Of a stretch of 48,694 nucleotides of DNA, positions 26,274-35,173 are shown one piece after another. The notes beneath the pieces were generated by a model. It was not told the DNA's origin and did not search any database. It saw only the letters and a program-made list of their open reading frames with translations. Each line of letters begins with the position of its first letter. Positions within the stretch are counted from its first letter, which is position 1. A program made the translations under genes and the position numbers. The DNA comes from an uncultured Bacilli bacterium (GTDB taxonomy: Bacteria > Bacillota_I > Bacilli_A > RF39 > UBA660): contig CAKONF010000004.1 of assembly GCA_934097015.1 (NCBI GenBank), positions 1-48,694 of the forward strand, written 5' to 3'.

Positions 26274-27138
26274 TATTAGAATAGATAAATATTTATCTAA
26301 TAATACAGAATTATCTAGAACTTTAATATCTAAAATGATTGATAAGGGTTATATATTAGTTAATGGTAAAAAAACTAAAAATAATTATAAAGTTAAAGAA
26401 AATGATATAATCAACATAGATGATAGTTTCCAAGAAGAAATTAATATTGAACCAGAAGAAATGAAGTTAGATATAGTATATGAAGATAATGATATTATGA
26501 TTATAAATAAACCAAGCGGTATGGTAGTTCATCCAGGAAATGGTAATTATAAAGGTACGTTAGTTAATGGATTAATGTATTATACTAAAAGTTTAAGTGA
26601 TGTTAATGGAGAGATTAGACCAGGTATAGTACATAGAATAGATAAAGATACAAGCGGATTAATAATAGTTGCAAAGAATAATAAAACACATGAAATATTA
26701 GGCAATTATTTTAAAAATAAAAGTATTACAAGAACATATATAGCACTAGTAAAAGGTGAAATAGGTACTAACAGTGGTACTATTGATGCCCCTATAGGTA
26801 GAAGTGATAAAGATAGAAAAAAAATGGCTGTAACAGCAAAAAACTCAAAAAATGCTATTACACATTTCACAGTTTTAAAAAGATATAAAGGTTATACTTT
26901 AATAAAATGCAAATTAGATACAGGAAGAACACATCAAATAAGAGTACATATGGCATACATAGGACATCCAGTTTATAATGACCCAGTATATACAAATGAT
27001 AAGTGTAGTGATTTTGGACAATTCTTACATTCATATTCAATGGAGTTTATTCATCCAATTACAAAAGAAAAAATGTACTTCGAATGTCCTTTACCAGAAT
27101 ATTTTAATGAATTTTTAAAATGTTTAGAAGAAAAATAA
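26248..27138 (+). CDS. rluD: RluA/RluD-family 23S rRNA pseudouridine synthase
   Basis: S4 domain at the N-terminus, HRIDKDTSGLIIVAKN catalytic motif and GRTHQIRVHM. lspA-rluD synteny. Confidence 0.9.
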   Translation: MEVKVVENDIRIDKYLSNNTELSRTLISKMIDKGYILVNGKKTKNNYKVKENDIINIDDSFQEEINIEPEEMKLDIVYEDNDIMIINKPSGMVVHPGNGNYKGTLVNGLMYYTKSLSDVNGEIRPGIVHRIDKDTSGLIIVAKNNKTHEILGNYFKNKSITRTYIALVKGEIGTNSGTIDAPIGRSDKDRKKMAVTAKNSKNAITHFTVLKRYKGYTLIKCKLDTGRTHQIRVHMAYIGHPVYNDPVYTNDKCSDFGQFLHSYSMEFIHPITKEKMYFECPLPEYFNEFLKCLEEK

Positions 27139-27148
27139 TAATAAACTA

Positions 27149-27320
27149 TTGATTACTAATTGTTAATTTGATATATTATATTTAGAGTAGAGTTGTTAAA
27201 AAATGAATTATTATATATTGTTGAAAAGTTAATTAAAGGCTGTATAACTTCTCTCCCGACCTCGAATATTTGTTCGGGGGGGGGGGTTATAACGAAGTTA
27301 AAAATATGGTCTTTTTTTGT
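27149..27320 (+). promoter_or_regulatory. Leader element copy C: promoter and long terminator-like hairpin with G11
   Basis: TTGATT(27149-27154)-17 nt-TATATT(27172-27177). Outer arms AAAGGCTGTATAACTTC.../...GAAGTTAAAAATATGGTCTTT pair with G-U wobbles relative to copy A. Core CCCGACCTCGAA-TATTTG-TTCGG. G11 at 27276-27286. T7 at 27312-27318. Confidence 0.6.
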
Positions 27321-27366
27321 GTGCTATATCGACAAAATATTCTAGTAAAATATGCTTTAATAAAAC

Positions 27367-27383
27367 TAGTACTATAGGCCCAT
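27367..27383 (+). promoter_or_regulatory. Conserved 17-mer TAGTACTATAGGCCCAT (also at 1724-1740) between leader hairpin and gene
   Basis: Identical 17-mer in copies A and C, each followed ~25-30 nt later by AAAAATTATATAATA (a possible second -10). Confidence 0.4.
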
Positions 27384-27440
27384 GTTAATAATAAAACAAA
27401 AATTATATAATAATTATATATGATAAGGAGTAGATATCAA

Positions 27441-27983
27441 ATGACAAAGAAAGAAAAAATAATAGTTAGTACGGCAGGAATATTTTTAGTACTTTTAATT
27501 CTTGTAGGATTAACTTATGCGTACTTTTTAACAAGAATAAAAGGAAATACAAATGAAAAGAGTATAAGTGTATCGACAGCAAATTTAATATTAGAATACG
27601 CAGATATAGACGATATTGTTGTAGGTGGAGAAAATGTAGAACCAGGTACAACATGGACTAAAAAATTTAGTGCAACAAATAAAGGTAGTAAAAAAGTAGA
27701 ATATGGTGTGGCACTAGAAAATGTTTTAAATACATTAGAAAGAACAAAAGACTTAGTATATACGTTAAATTGTACCAGTAGCTTAGGGACAGATTGTAAT
27801 AAAGTAGAAACAGAACAAGAGTTTCCTGTAATAGGAACAATATTAATAACAAATAACATAGAACCAGAAGAAGTACAAAGTTATGAACTAATAGTTTCAT
27901 ATAAAGAACAAAATGAAGATCAAAATGTTGATATGAATAAAAAAATATATGCAAAGGCAAATATAGTAGATCCAAAAACATTT
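27441..27983 (+). repeat. 543-bp direct repeat shared with 29313..29855 (N-terminal domain cassette)
   Basis: The first 181 codons of the two tandem genes differ at 13 aa positions by my hand count. Similarity stops abruptly after 'IVDPKTF'. Confidence 0.85.
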
Positions 27984-29300
27984 AATGTATATGAAAAATC
28001 TCAGTTAAATAATATTATAATTGCAAGTGCACGTAATGCAAGTAATAATAGTGATAGTAAAAGAACTTCTTATGGTAGTGAAATAACTGCATTTGATTCT
28101 ATTACATGGACTAAATATTATGATGAATTTACAACTTCATATGAAGAAACTAATCCAAGTATAACGTATTGGCAAATAGCAGATACATTTAATGATATAG
28201 AAAATAATAATACAACAAAACCAACTACAATAACAGAAGCAGTTGGAAAATATATAAATATTTCGTATCCAGACTATAAAATAGTATTTTTAGAATCATA
28301 TAATGAAACAACTCAAGTTGCAACATTTAAAAATTTAAAAGTTGAATATGAAAAAGTTTTAAACAATGCTCCAGATGATTATGGAACAAGTTATTATTAT
28401 AGAGGAAATCCCCAAGATAATTATGTATCATTTGCAGGATTGGTATGGAGAATAGTAAGAATAAATGGAGATGGAACTGTAAGAATAATATTAGATGATG
28501 AAGGAATAAAAACAGCATTTAATAGCTATGAAAATGTTTATGCAGATAATGCTGGAGTAGGATATATGTATGGAACACCAGGAAGTGATACATATTTAAA
28601 AACACACGAAAATATTAATAGTAGTACTGTTAAACAAGTCCTTGATTCTTGGTATGAAGAAAATATAGAAAACAATACATTACATTATGAAAAGTATTTA
28701 GCAGATACATTATTTTGTGGTGATAAATCATTAGCAGATAAAGATTTAGTTCAAAATGATGGAACTGGTCTAGGTTATGGAAAAAATAAAACATATTATA
28801 AAAAAACAGAAAATTCTATAAAATTAGTCGAAAATGTTTTAACATTAAAGTGTGCTAATTATGAAGATAATAATTATTCAAAGTACACATCAAAGCTTGA
28901 AAATAATACAACTATAAACGACAAAATAAATATTAATAATGATCTAAAACATCCTATAGGACTAATATCGTTTGATGAAGTGGTATACGCTGGATTTAAT
29001 GGAAAAACTCCATACGGTTTTAATTATGGATATTATTTATATAGAACAGATTTTGTTAATTATGTGTTCTGGAGTATGACACCTTCAGTTATGGTGGATG
29101 ATAATACTTATGTATATACATTTAATAAAAATATTAATTTTGCAACAACTGTTTCAAAAGAAGAAATATTAAACCAACGTTTAAATACAATAATTGAATA
29201 TAGAGCTAGACCAGTAATAAATTTACGTTCAGACTTATTAATAAGTAGTGGAGATGGAACAGAAACAAATCCATATCAAGTAAAATTGCCAACAGAATAG
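27441..29300 (+). CDS. Secreted surface protein, family member (first of a tandem pair)
   Basis: RBS AAGGAG. MTKKEKIIVSTAGIFLVLLILVGLTYAYFLTRIKGNTNEKSISVSTANLILEY. SFAGLVWRIVRINGDGTVRIILDD. ARPVINLRSDLLISSGDGTETNPYQVKLPTE*. Confidence 0.9.
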   Translation: MTKKEKIIVSTAGIFLVLLILVGLTYAYFLTRIKGNTNEKSISVSTANLILEYADIDDIVVGGENVEPGTTWTKKFSATNKGSKKVEYGVALENVLNTLERTKDLVYTLNCTSSLGTDCNKVETEQEFPVIGTILITNNIEPEEVQSYELIVSYKEQNEDQNVDMNKKIYAKANIVDPKTFNVYEKSQLNNIIIASARNASNNSDSKRTSYGSEITAFDSITWTKYYDEFTTSYEETNPSITYWQIADTFNDIENNNTTKPTTITEAVGKYINISYPDYKIVFLESYNETTQVATFKNLKVEYEKVLNNAPDDYGTSYYYRGNPQDNYVSFAGLVWRIVRINGDGTVRIILDDEGIKTAFNSYENVYADNAGVGYMYGTPGSDTYLKTHENINSSTVKQVLDSWYEENIENNTLHYEKYLADTLFCGDKSLADKDLVQNDGTGLGYGKNKTYYKKTENSIKLVENVLTLKCANYEDNNYSKYTSKLENNTTINDKININNDLKHPIGLISFDEVVYAGFNGKTPYGFNYGYYLYRTDFVNYVFWSMTPSVMVDDNTYVYTFNKNINFATTVSKEEILNQRLNTIIEYRARPVINLRSDLLISSGDGTETNPYQVKLPTE

Positions 29301-29312
29301 GAAGTGAATTAA

Positions 29313-29855
29313 ATGACAAAGAAACAGAAAATAATAGTAAGTACGACAGGAATATTCCTAGTACTTTTAATTCTTGTAGGATTGACTTATGCATATTTCT
29401 TAACAAGAATAAAAGGAAATGAAAATGAAAAAAGTATAAGTGTATCAACTGCAAACTTAATATTAGAATATGCAGATATAGATGACATTGTTGTAGGTGG
29501 AGAAAATGTAGAACCAGGCACAACATGGACTAAAAAATTTAGTGCAACAAACAAAGGTAGTAAAAAAGTAGAATATGGTGTAGCATTAGAAAAAGTTGTA
29601 AATACTTTAACGAGAAGATCGGATTTAGTATATACGTTAAATTGTACTAGTAGTTTAGGGACTACTTGTAATAAAGTAGAAACAGAACAAGAATTTCCAA
29701 TAATAGGAACAATACTAATAACAAATAACATAGAACCAGAAGAAGTACAAAGTTATGAATTAATAGTTTCATATAAAGAAATGAATGAAGATCAAAGTGT
29801 TGATATGAATAAAAAAATATATGCAAAGACAAATATAGTAGATCCAAAAACATTT
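29313..29855 (+). repeat. Partner of the 543-bp direct repeat at 27441..27983
   Basis: See 27441..27983. Confidence 0.85.
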
Positions 29856-31193
29856 GGGGCATTAGGAAGTGGAACACTTGCTAGTGCCTTAGTTGAAAGT
29901 GCAAAAACTGCTGCTGCTTCAAATGATCAAATAAGAACAATTTATAAAGAAGTTCCATTAACTAGTCCTGGAAATGAAATTAGTATAACTAAATACAAAA
30001 CAGAAAATGAAAGTGGAATAGAATTTAATACAGAAGAAGAATTTTCTATAGAAGAACAATATCAAAATTATTATTGGACTTATGCTACAGGTTATAGTGT
30101 TGATGAAACTACAGGAAAAATGTCCTTAAATAGTCCAACTGTTTCAGAAAAACAATATAATTCTATGTATAATGAATTAGTTGGAAAATATATAGCTTCA
30201 TCTACAATACCTAACAACTGTAAAGAAACCCAAATTATAGCAGAAAACACCAAAAATTTAAATAATATATACAAAATCACATCAGCAACCAATTCTAAAT
30301 TAACAGTAAAAAGAATTATACCCACTGCTATTAGTCAAGAAAAAACTTTATCTTTGAGCGAAGATGATTATGGATTAAGTTATTATTTTAGAGGTGGTAT
30401 TGTAGATAATTATGTTAATTTTGCAGGAATGTGTTGGAGAATAGTCAGAATTCAAGGAGATGGAAGTGTCAAAGTAGTTTTGGAAGACAAAAATACAACG
30501 TGTGAATCAAATCAGTATACTGGTAATTGGAATTATTCAAAAGTTAATTTTGGATATGATTACACTAATGGAAAAGATAGAATTCCAGCATTTTTAAATC
30601 CTATTACTGAAAAAGAAACTGCATTAGCTACAAAAGCAGAGGAATTTCAATCTGAATTGGATAAAAAAATAAAACAAACATATGGAGAAAATGAAAGCAA
30701 TTCATCTAAATTAAAAGCAGGAGATTGGTGTTTAACAGAAAAAATATATAATTCTTACTATACAACAGCGGGTTTAAGACTATGGAAAGATGATACAAGA
30801 TATGCATCAAATATTTGTGATGGCACAAAACTAACAAATTTTTATGATAATAAAGATATGTATGTTGCTACATTGACTGCAGATGAAATAGTTTTTTCAG
30901 GGACGATAGTAATATCAAACGATAGCATTCATAATGTTTATAACACAAGTCATTATCTATTTAATGATTATATGTTAGAATTAGAAGACAAAAGTTCATT
31001 TAAATATTATACACTAACATATAGCAGTAAATTAGTTTATTATAGAGTATTTACCGTAGCAGTTCCAGGATTTATTGTCCCACAAATGGCAAACTTTGGA
31101 GAAATAGATTTTAGACCAGCAATAATTTTATCCTCAGATACACAATTATTAAGCGGAAATGGATTAAAAACAAACCCATACGAAATAAAATAA
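29313..31193 (+). CDS. Secreted surface protein, family member (second of the tandem pair)
   Basis: Start lies 12 nt after the previous stop, RBS GGAAGTGA. Same N-domain. NFAGMCWRIVRIQGDGSVKVVLED, GDWCLTEK and FRPAIILSSDTQLLSGNGLKTNPYEIK*. Confidence 0.9.
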   Translation: MTKKQKIIVSTTGIFLVLLILVGLTYAYFLTRIKGNENEKSISVSTANLILEYADIDDIVVGGENVEPGTTWTKKFSATNKGSKKVEYGVALEKVVNTLTRRSDLVYTLNCTSSLGTTCNKVETEQEFPIIGTILITNNIEPEEVQSYELIVSYKEMNEDQSVDMNKKIYAKTNIVDPKTFGALGSGTLASALVESAKTAAASNDQIRTIYKEVPLTSPGNEISITKYKTENESGIEFNTEEEFSIEEQYQNYYWTYATGYSVDETTGKMSLNSPTVSEKQYNSMYNELVGKYIASSTIPNNCKETQIIAENTKNLNNIYKITSATNSKLTVKRIIPTAISQEKTLSLSEDDYGLSYYFRGGIVDNYVNFAGMCWRIVRIQGDGSVKVVLEDKNTTCESNQYTGNWNYSKVNFGYDYTNGKDRIPAFLNPITEKETALATKAEEFQSELDKKIKQTYGENESNSSKLKAGDWCLTEKIYNSYYTTAGLRLWKDDTRYASNICDGTKLTNFYDNKDMYVATLTADEIVFSGTIVISNDSIHNVYNTSHYLFNDYMLELEDKSSFKYYTLTYSSKLVYYRVFTVAVPGFIVPQMANFGEIDFRPAIILSSDTQLLSGNGLKTNPYEIK

Positions 31194-31202
31194 ATACTCT
31201 TA

Positions 31203-31226
31203 AAGTACTTATAAAGTACTTTTTTT
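31203..31226 (+). terminator. Rho-independent terminator
   Basis: AAGTACTT-ATA-AAGTACTT followed by a T-run. Same AGTACT core as the terminator at 15525. Confidence 0.7.
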
Positions 31227-31273
31227 GTATAAAACAATATTATTTAAACATAATAATATTGAGGAGGAAAACC

Positions 31274-31813
31274 ATGAAGAAAAAAATAACTTTTTTAGCA
31301 ATATGTTTATTAGTTTTAATAACAACAGCATGTAGTTTAGGAAACACACCTACTAGTTCAGTAGAAAGATTATTATCTAAATATAATACTAATGACGAAG
31401 AAATCGTTGTTGAATTAGATGATTATATTAATACATCTGAATTAACTGACGAACAAGCAAAAAAATATAAAGACATCTATTTAAAACAATTTAAAGATAT
31501 GAAATATGAAATAAAAGATGAAAAAATAGATGGAGATAATGCAACTGTCACAGCACAAATCACAGTATATGATTATTATAATGCTGAAAAAGAAGCTAAT
31601 GATTATCTAAACGATCATCAAGATGAATTCAAAAAAAACGATGTATATGATAAATCATTATTTACAGACTATAAATTAAAAAAATTAGAAGAAGTAAATA
31701 AAACTGTAGATTATACAATAGATTTCCAACTTACTAAAATTGATGGTAAATGGGAAGTAAATGATTTATCAAACGAACAATTAGAAAAAATACATGGAGT
31801 TTATGCATATTAG
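31274..31813 (+). CDS. Lipoprotein of unknown function
   Basis: RBS GAGGAGGA. Signal peptide with lipobox LITTAC. Acidic mature domain. Confidence 0.75.
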   Translation: MKKKITFLAICLLVLITTACSLGNTPTSSVERLLSKYNTNDEEIVVELDDYINTSELTDEQAKKYKDIYLKQFKDMKYEIKDEKIDGDNATVTAQITVYDYYNAEKEANDYLNDHQDEFKKNDVYDKSLFTDYKLKKLEEVNKTVDYTIDFQLTKIDGKWEVNDLSNEQLEKIHGVYAY

Positions 31814-31868
31814 ACCATTGGTCTTTTTTCTTTTTTGTGTTAAAATATTATCATAGGGAAGTGAATAT

Positions 31869-33107
31869 ATGACTACAATAGGTATTATTGGAGCTATGCA
31901 AAATGAAATTGATAAATTAATAAGCTACTATGATTTAAAAAAAGATAAAATGAATAAAGATATTTATGTTAGTGAATTTAATGACAAAAAAATAGTAGTA
32001 GCAATGAGTGGAGTAGGAAAAGTAAATAGCGCTGCAATGACCCAGTATATTATTGATAAGTATAATGTTGATGCAATAATAAATTCAGGAGTAGCAGGTG
32101 GTATTAATAATAAATTACATGTTATGGATATAATTATATCAAATTATATTACATATCATGACTTTAATCCAAAAACAATAATGGAATCATATGTTCCAAA
32201 TAGAGGAAAAATAGAAGCAAATAAAACTTTAATTGATATCGCAAAAAAAGTAGTTAAAGATATGAATATAACTAACGCTTACTTTGCTCCTATGTGTAGC
32301 GGTGATAGTTTTGTACAAGATGAAAAATTAAAACTAGAAATTTTGTTAAATACAGGTGCTTGTTGTGTAGATATGGAAAGTGCTTCAATCGCTCATACTT
32401 GTTCTTTAAATAGCATTCCTTTTATATCAATTAGAACCATATCGGATATGGCAAATGGAGGAGAATACTATGAAGATATAGCAGCATATAAATCAAGTGA
32501 ATTTGTAGTAAAACTAGTAAGTGAAATATTTATATATTTAGCCAAATTTGCTAAAAAAGAAGATAATATATACTTATATACTCCAAAATATAATGAACTA
32601 GATTACTATAAAAACATATTATTAGATCCAAAGACAATGGAATACAATGCAGGATATAATTTAAACTTAGATGGTTATGAATATGAAACAGGATGTGTAA
32701 AAACATTTGATGAAGAAAAATGGTATAAAAAACAAATTCTTGATAGAAATAGATACTTTGCTTACATAATAGATAAAGTTGATAATTTACCTGTAGGATA
32801 TGTAAATTTTCATTTTGATGAATTAAAATTAAAACATACATGTGGAATAATAATAGAATATAAATATAGAAATAAAGGATATGGAACAAAAGCATTACAA
32901 AACTTATTAGATAAGGCTTTTAATGAATATAATTTAAATAGCTTAACATGTTCTATTCCATATAAAAATACAAAAACATTAAAATATTTTATGAATAATG
33001 GTTTCAAAGATATAAAAGAAGATTATTATATAAAACGTTTTAATAACAATGAAAGATATATTACATTAGAATATACTAAAGATTCTTATAATAAGAATAT
33101 AAAGTAA
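31869..33107 (+). CDS. mtnN: Fusion protein: MTA/SAH nucleosidase (MtnN/Pfs) N-domain + GNAT acetyltransferase C-domain
   Basis: IGIIGAMQNEI, MSGVGKVNSA, NSGVAGG and CVDMESASIAH are Pfs-like. Residues ~235-412 carry the GNAT core IIIEYKYRNKGYGTKALQNLLDKAF. Confidence 0.75.
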   Translation: MTTIGIIGAMQNEIDKLISYYDLKKDKMNKDIYVSEFNDKKIVVAMSGVGKVNSAAMTQYIIDKYNVDAIINSGVAGGINNKLHVMDIIISNYITYHDFNPKTIMESYVPNRGKIEANKTLIDIAKKVVKDMNITNAYFAPMCSGDSFVQDEKLKLEILLNTGACCVDMESASIAHTCSLNSIPFISIRTISDMANGGEYYEDIAAYKSSEFVVKLVSEIFIYLAKFAKKEDNIYLYTPKYNELDYYKNILLDPKTMEYNAGYNLNLDGYEYETGCVKTFDEEKWYKKQILDRNRYFAYIIDKVDNLPVGYVNFHFDELKLKHTCGIIIEYKYRNKGYGTKALQNLLDKAFNEYNLNSLTCSIPYKNTKTLKYFMNNGFKDIKEDYYIKRFNNNERYITLEYTKDSYNKNIK

Positions 33108-33272
33108 AATATTATTTTACATATATACTATATTGAAAAAAGTAGCATAAATGAAAAAAATACAATGAGATTATCTTTAAAAATAAATAATTTAAAAATA
33201 ATAATAATAAATTAGATTAAAAGTCTAATTTTTTTTTACATATCATATAATTTTATGAAAGGACTGTTTTAT

Positions 33273-34040
33273 ATGAAAGAAAATAAACATATAGAAAAAG
33301 AATTATTATTTAAAAACAATATAAAAGATATTACTAGCATATCTCTTGATACTAATTATAAAGTTGAAAAAAACAAAATAATTGGAAACTTTATAATAGA
33401 TGGAGAATATAAAATACATGAAGTTTCTATTAACAAAGAAAAATTTGATTTTAAAATACCATTTGAGTACGAATTAGATAGTGATATTGATACTGAAAGT
33501 ATTAAAGTTGATATAACCAATTTTATATATGATTATAAAAAAGATGAATTAATAGTTAATATAGATTATGAAATAACTGGTGATAAAAAAAGTATATTAT
33601 TATTTGATAATGAAGAAAGTTTAGATGAATTTTTAAGTAAAAGAGAAGTAGAAGTTGTTGATACTAGAATTGATGATATAAAAGAAAAAATAAATAATAC
33701 TGAAAAAGAAGAAAATATTGATGAAAGAAAATCAATAGATAAAATAGAAGAAAAAGAACTAATTGATAAAAAACAAGAACTATCTTTAGAAGATACAAGA
33801 TCTAGTGAAATAATAGAAGAAGAATCAAATAGGGACAGTATTAAATCTGATGATATAATTAATTCAATTAATAATAATACTGATAATTTTATTACATACA
33901 AAGTATATAAATTACATGAAAATGAAACACTAGAAAGTATAGTAATTAAATATCATACTACAATAGATGATTTAAAAGAATATAATGATTTAAATAATCT
34001 AAACATTGGAGACAAAATTATAGTTCCTTACTATGAATAG
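33273..34040 (+). CDS. spoVID: SpoVID-like spore coat morphogenetic protein (N-terminal SpoVID domain, acidic middle, C-terminal LysM)
   Basis: LLFKNNIKDITSISLDTNYKVE...IGNFIIDGEYK parallels the B. subtilis SpoVID N-terminus. E/D/K-rich middle. LysM: YKVYKLHENETLESIVIKYHTTIDDLKEYNDL...GDKIIVP. Confidence 0.65.
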   Translation: MKENKHIEKELLFKNNIKDITSISLDTNYKVEKNKIIGNFIIDGEYKIHEVSINKEKFDFKIPFEYELDSDIDTESIKVDITNFIYDYKKDELIVNIDYEITGDKKSILLFDNEESLDEFLSKREVEVVDTRIDDIKEKINNTEKEENIDERKSIDKIEEKELIDKKQELSLEDTRSSEIIEEESNRDSIKSDDIINSINNNTDNFITYKVYKLHENETLESIVIKYHTTIDDLKEYNDLNNLNIGDKIIVPYYE

Positions 34041-34914
34041 TATAGATATACTAACTAAAATTTATAAACCATATAAAGTTAGTGTTAAAGGTAATACAAA
34101 AATATTTAATTGTACTACTGGAAATTATGTTATTAAAAATAAAAAAGATAAAAACATAAAAGAATTATACAAATATCTAAATAGTAGAAGTTTTAAATAT
34201 TATCCAAAACTTATAGAAGATAATAGAGATGAAGTTAATGTATTTGAATATGTAGAAGATAATAGTATTGACAATGAACAAAAATTAATGGATTTAATTA
34301 ATCTAATAAGTTTATTACATAGTAAAACCAGCTATTACAAAGAAATAACTAACGATAAAATAAAAGAAATATATGAAGAATTATTAGGCAGAGTAGAATA
34401 TATGGAAGAGTATTTTAATAAAATAATATTTGAAATAGAAGACAATGTTTTTCCAAGTCCATCAGGTAATTTAATATTAATTAATTCAAATAAAATATTT
34501 TCTTCATTAATATTTTTAAAAAAAGAAATAGAAGAATGGTATAAAATAAGTATGGATAGTAATAAAATGAGAGTATCAATAGTACATAATAATTTAGAAT
34601 TAGATCATTATATAAAAAATGAAAACGAATACTTAATTAGTTGGGATAATTATATTATAGATAGCCCCATATTAGATATAGTAAAATTATATAAAAATGT
34701 ATACTTAACAATGGAATTTTCAAATCCTCTTAAATTATATATGGATAAATTTCCTCTAAATGAAGATGAAAAAAAATTATTATTTATAATGTTAGTAATG
34801 CCAGATGAAATAAATTTAACAGACAATGAAATAAAAAACATTGCTATCGTTAGAAAATATTTAGATTATATTTATAAAACAGAAAACTTAATTAGGCCAT
34901 ATTATTCTAAATAA
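34033..34914 (+). CDS. ysxE: CotS/YsxE-family spore coat protein (kinase-like fold)
   Basis: Overlaps the spoVID-like stop, as in the B. subtilis spoVID-ysxE operon. HNNLELDHYI is an HxDxxxxN-like motif of CotS/aminoglycoside-kinase-like proteins. Confidence 0.6.
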   Translation: MNSIDILTKIYKPYKVSVKGNTKIFNCTTGNYVIKNKKDKNIKELYKYLNSRSFKYYPKLIEDNRDEVNVFEYVEDNSIDNEQKLMDLINLISLLHSKTSYYKEITNDKIKEIYEELLGRVEYMEEYFNKIIFEIEDNVFPSPSGNLILINSNKIFSSLIFLKKEIEEWYKISMDSNKMRVSIVHNNLELDHYIKNENEYLISWDNYIIDSPILDIVKLYKNVYLTMEFSNPLKLYMDKFPLNEDEKKLLFIMLVMPDEINLTDNEIKNIAIVRKYLDYIYKTENLIRPYYSK

Positions 34915-35076
34915 TATAAAGAATAACAAGAAGACTTCTATAAGTAATATAAAAACATTAAATCTAAAAGGTAAAATTAAAGTAATAATAGTTTGATAAA
35001 ATATTAAACAAGATAAAATTAATACCCAAAACAAACTAAAAAAACCTCTAAAAAAATTATTATTGTTATTACACAT
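34888..35076 (-). CDS. Possible small membrane protein
   Basis: AGGTGA RBS 6 nt before the ATG. Two hydrophobic helices. Its 3' end overlaps the convergent ysxE-like gene by 27 nt. Confidence 0.3.
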   Translation of the reverse strand: MCNNNNNFFRGFFSLFWVLILSCLIFYQTIITLILPFRFNVFILLIEVFLLFFILFRIIWPN

Positions 35077-35173
35077 AGTATCACCTAATATAGTTTATGA
35101 AAATAAGCAATTTATTGTTTATTTTTTTTATTGTTTATGATATTATTTAATAGTAAAAGAATAGAGGGTAATT

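Noticed and set aside
27466-27981. Minus-strand ORFs from the track overlapping the surface-protein genes: 27466..27654, 27515..27859, 27667..27981, 28327..28518, 29206..29526, 29387..29731, 29662..29877, 30092..30325 and 31040..31237.
   Set aside because: They lie antisense to well-supported CDSs with clear paralogs. Their products are low-complexity L/F/H/Y-rich strings typical of antisense frames in AT-rich DNA. No RBS was seen.
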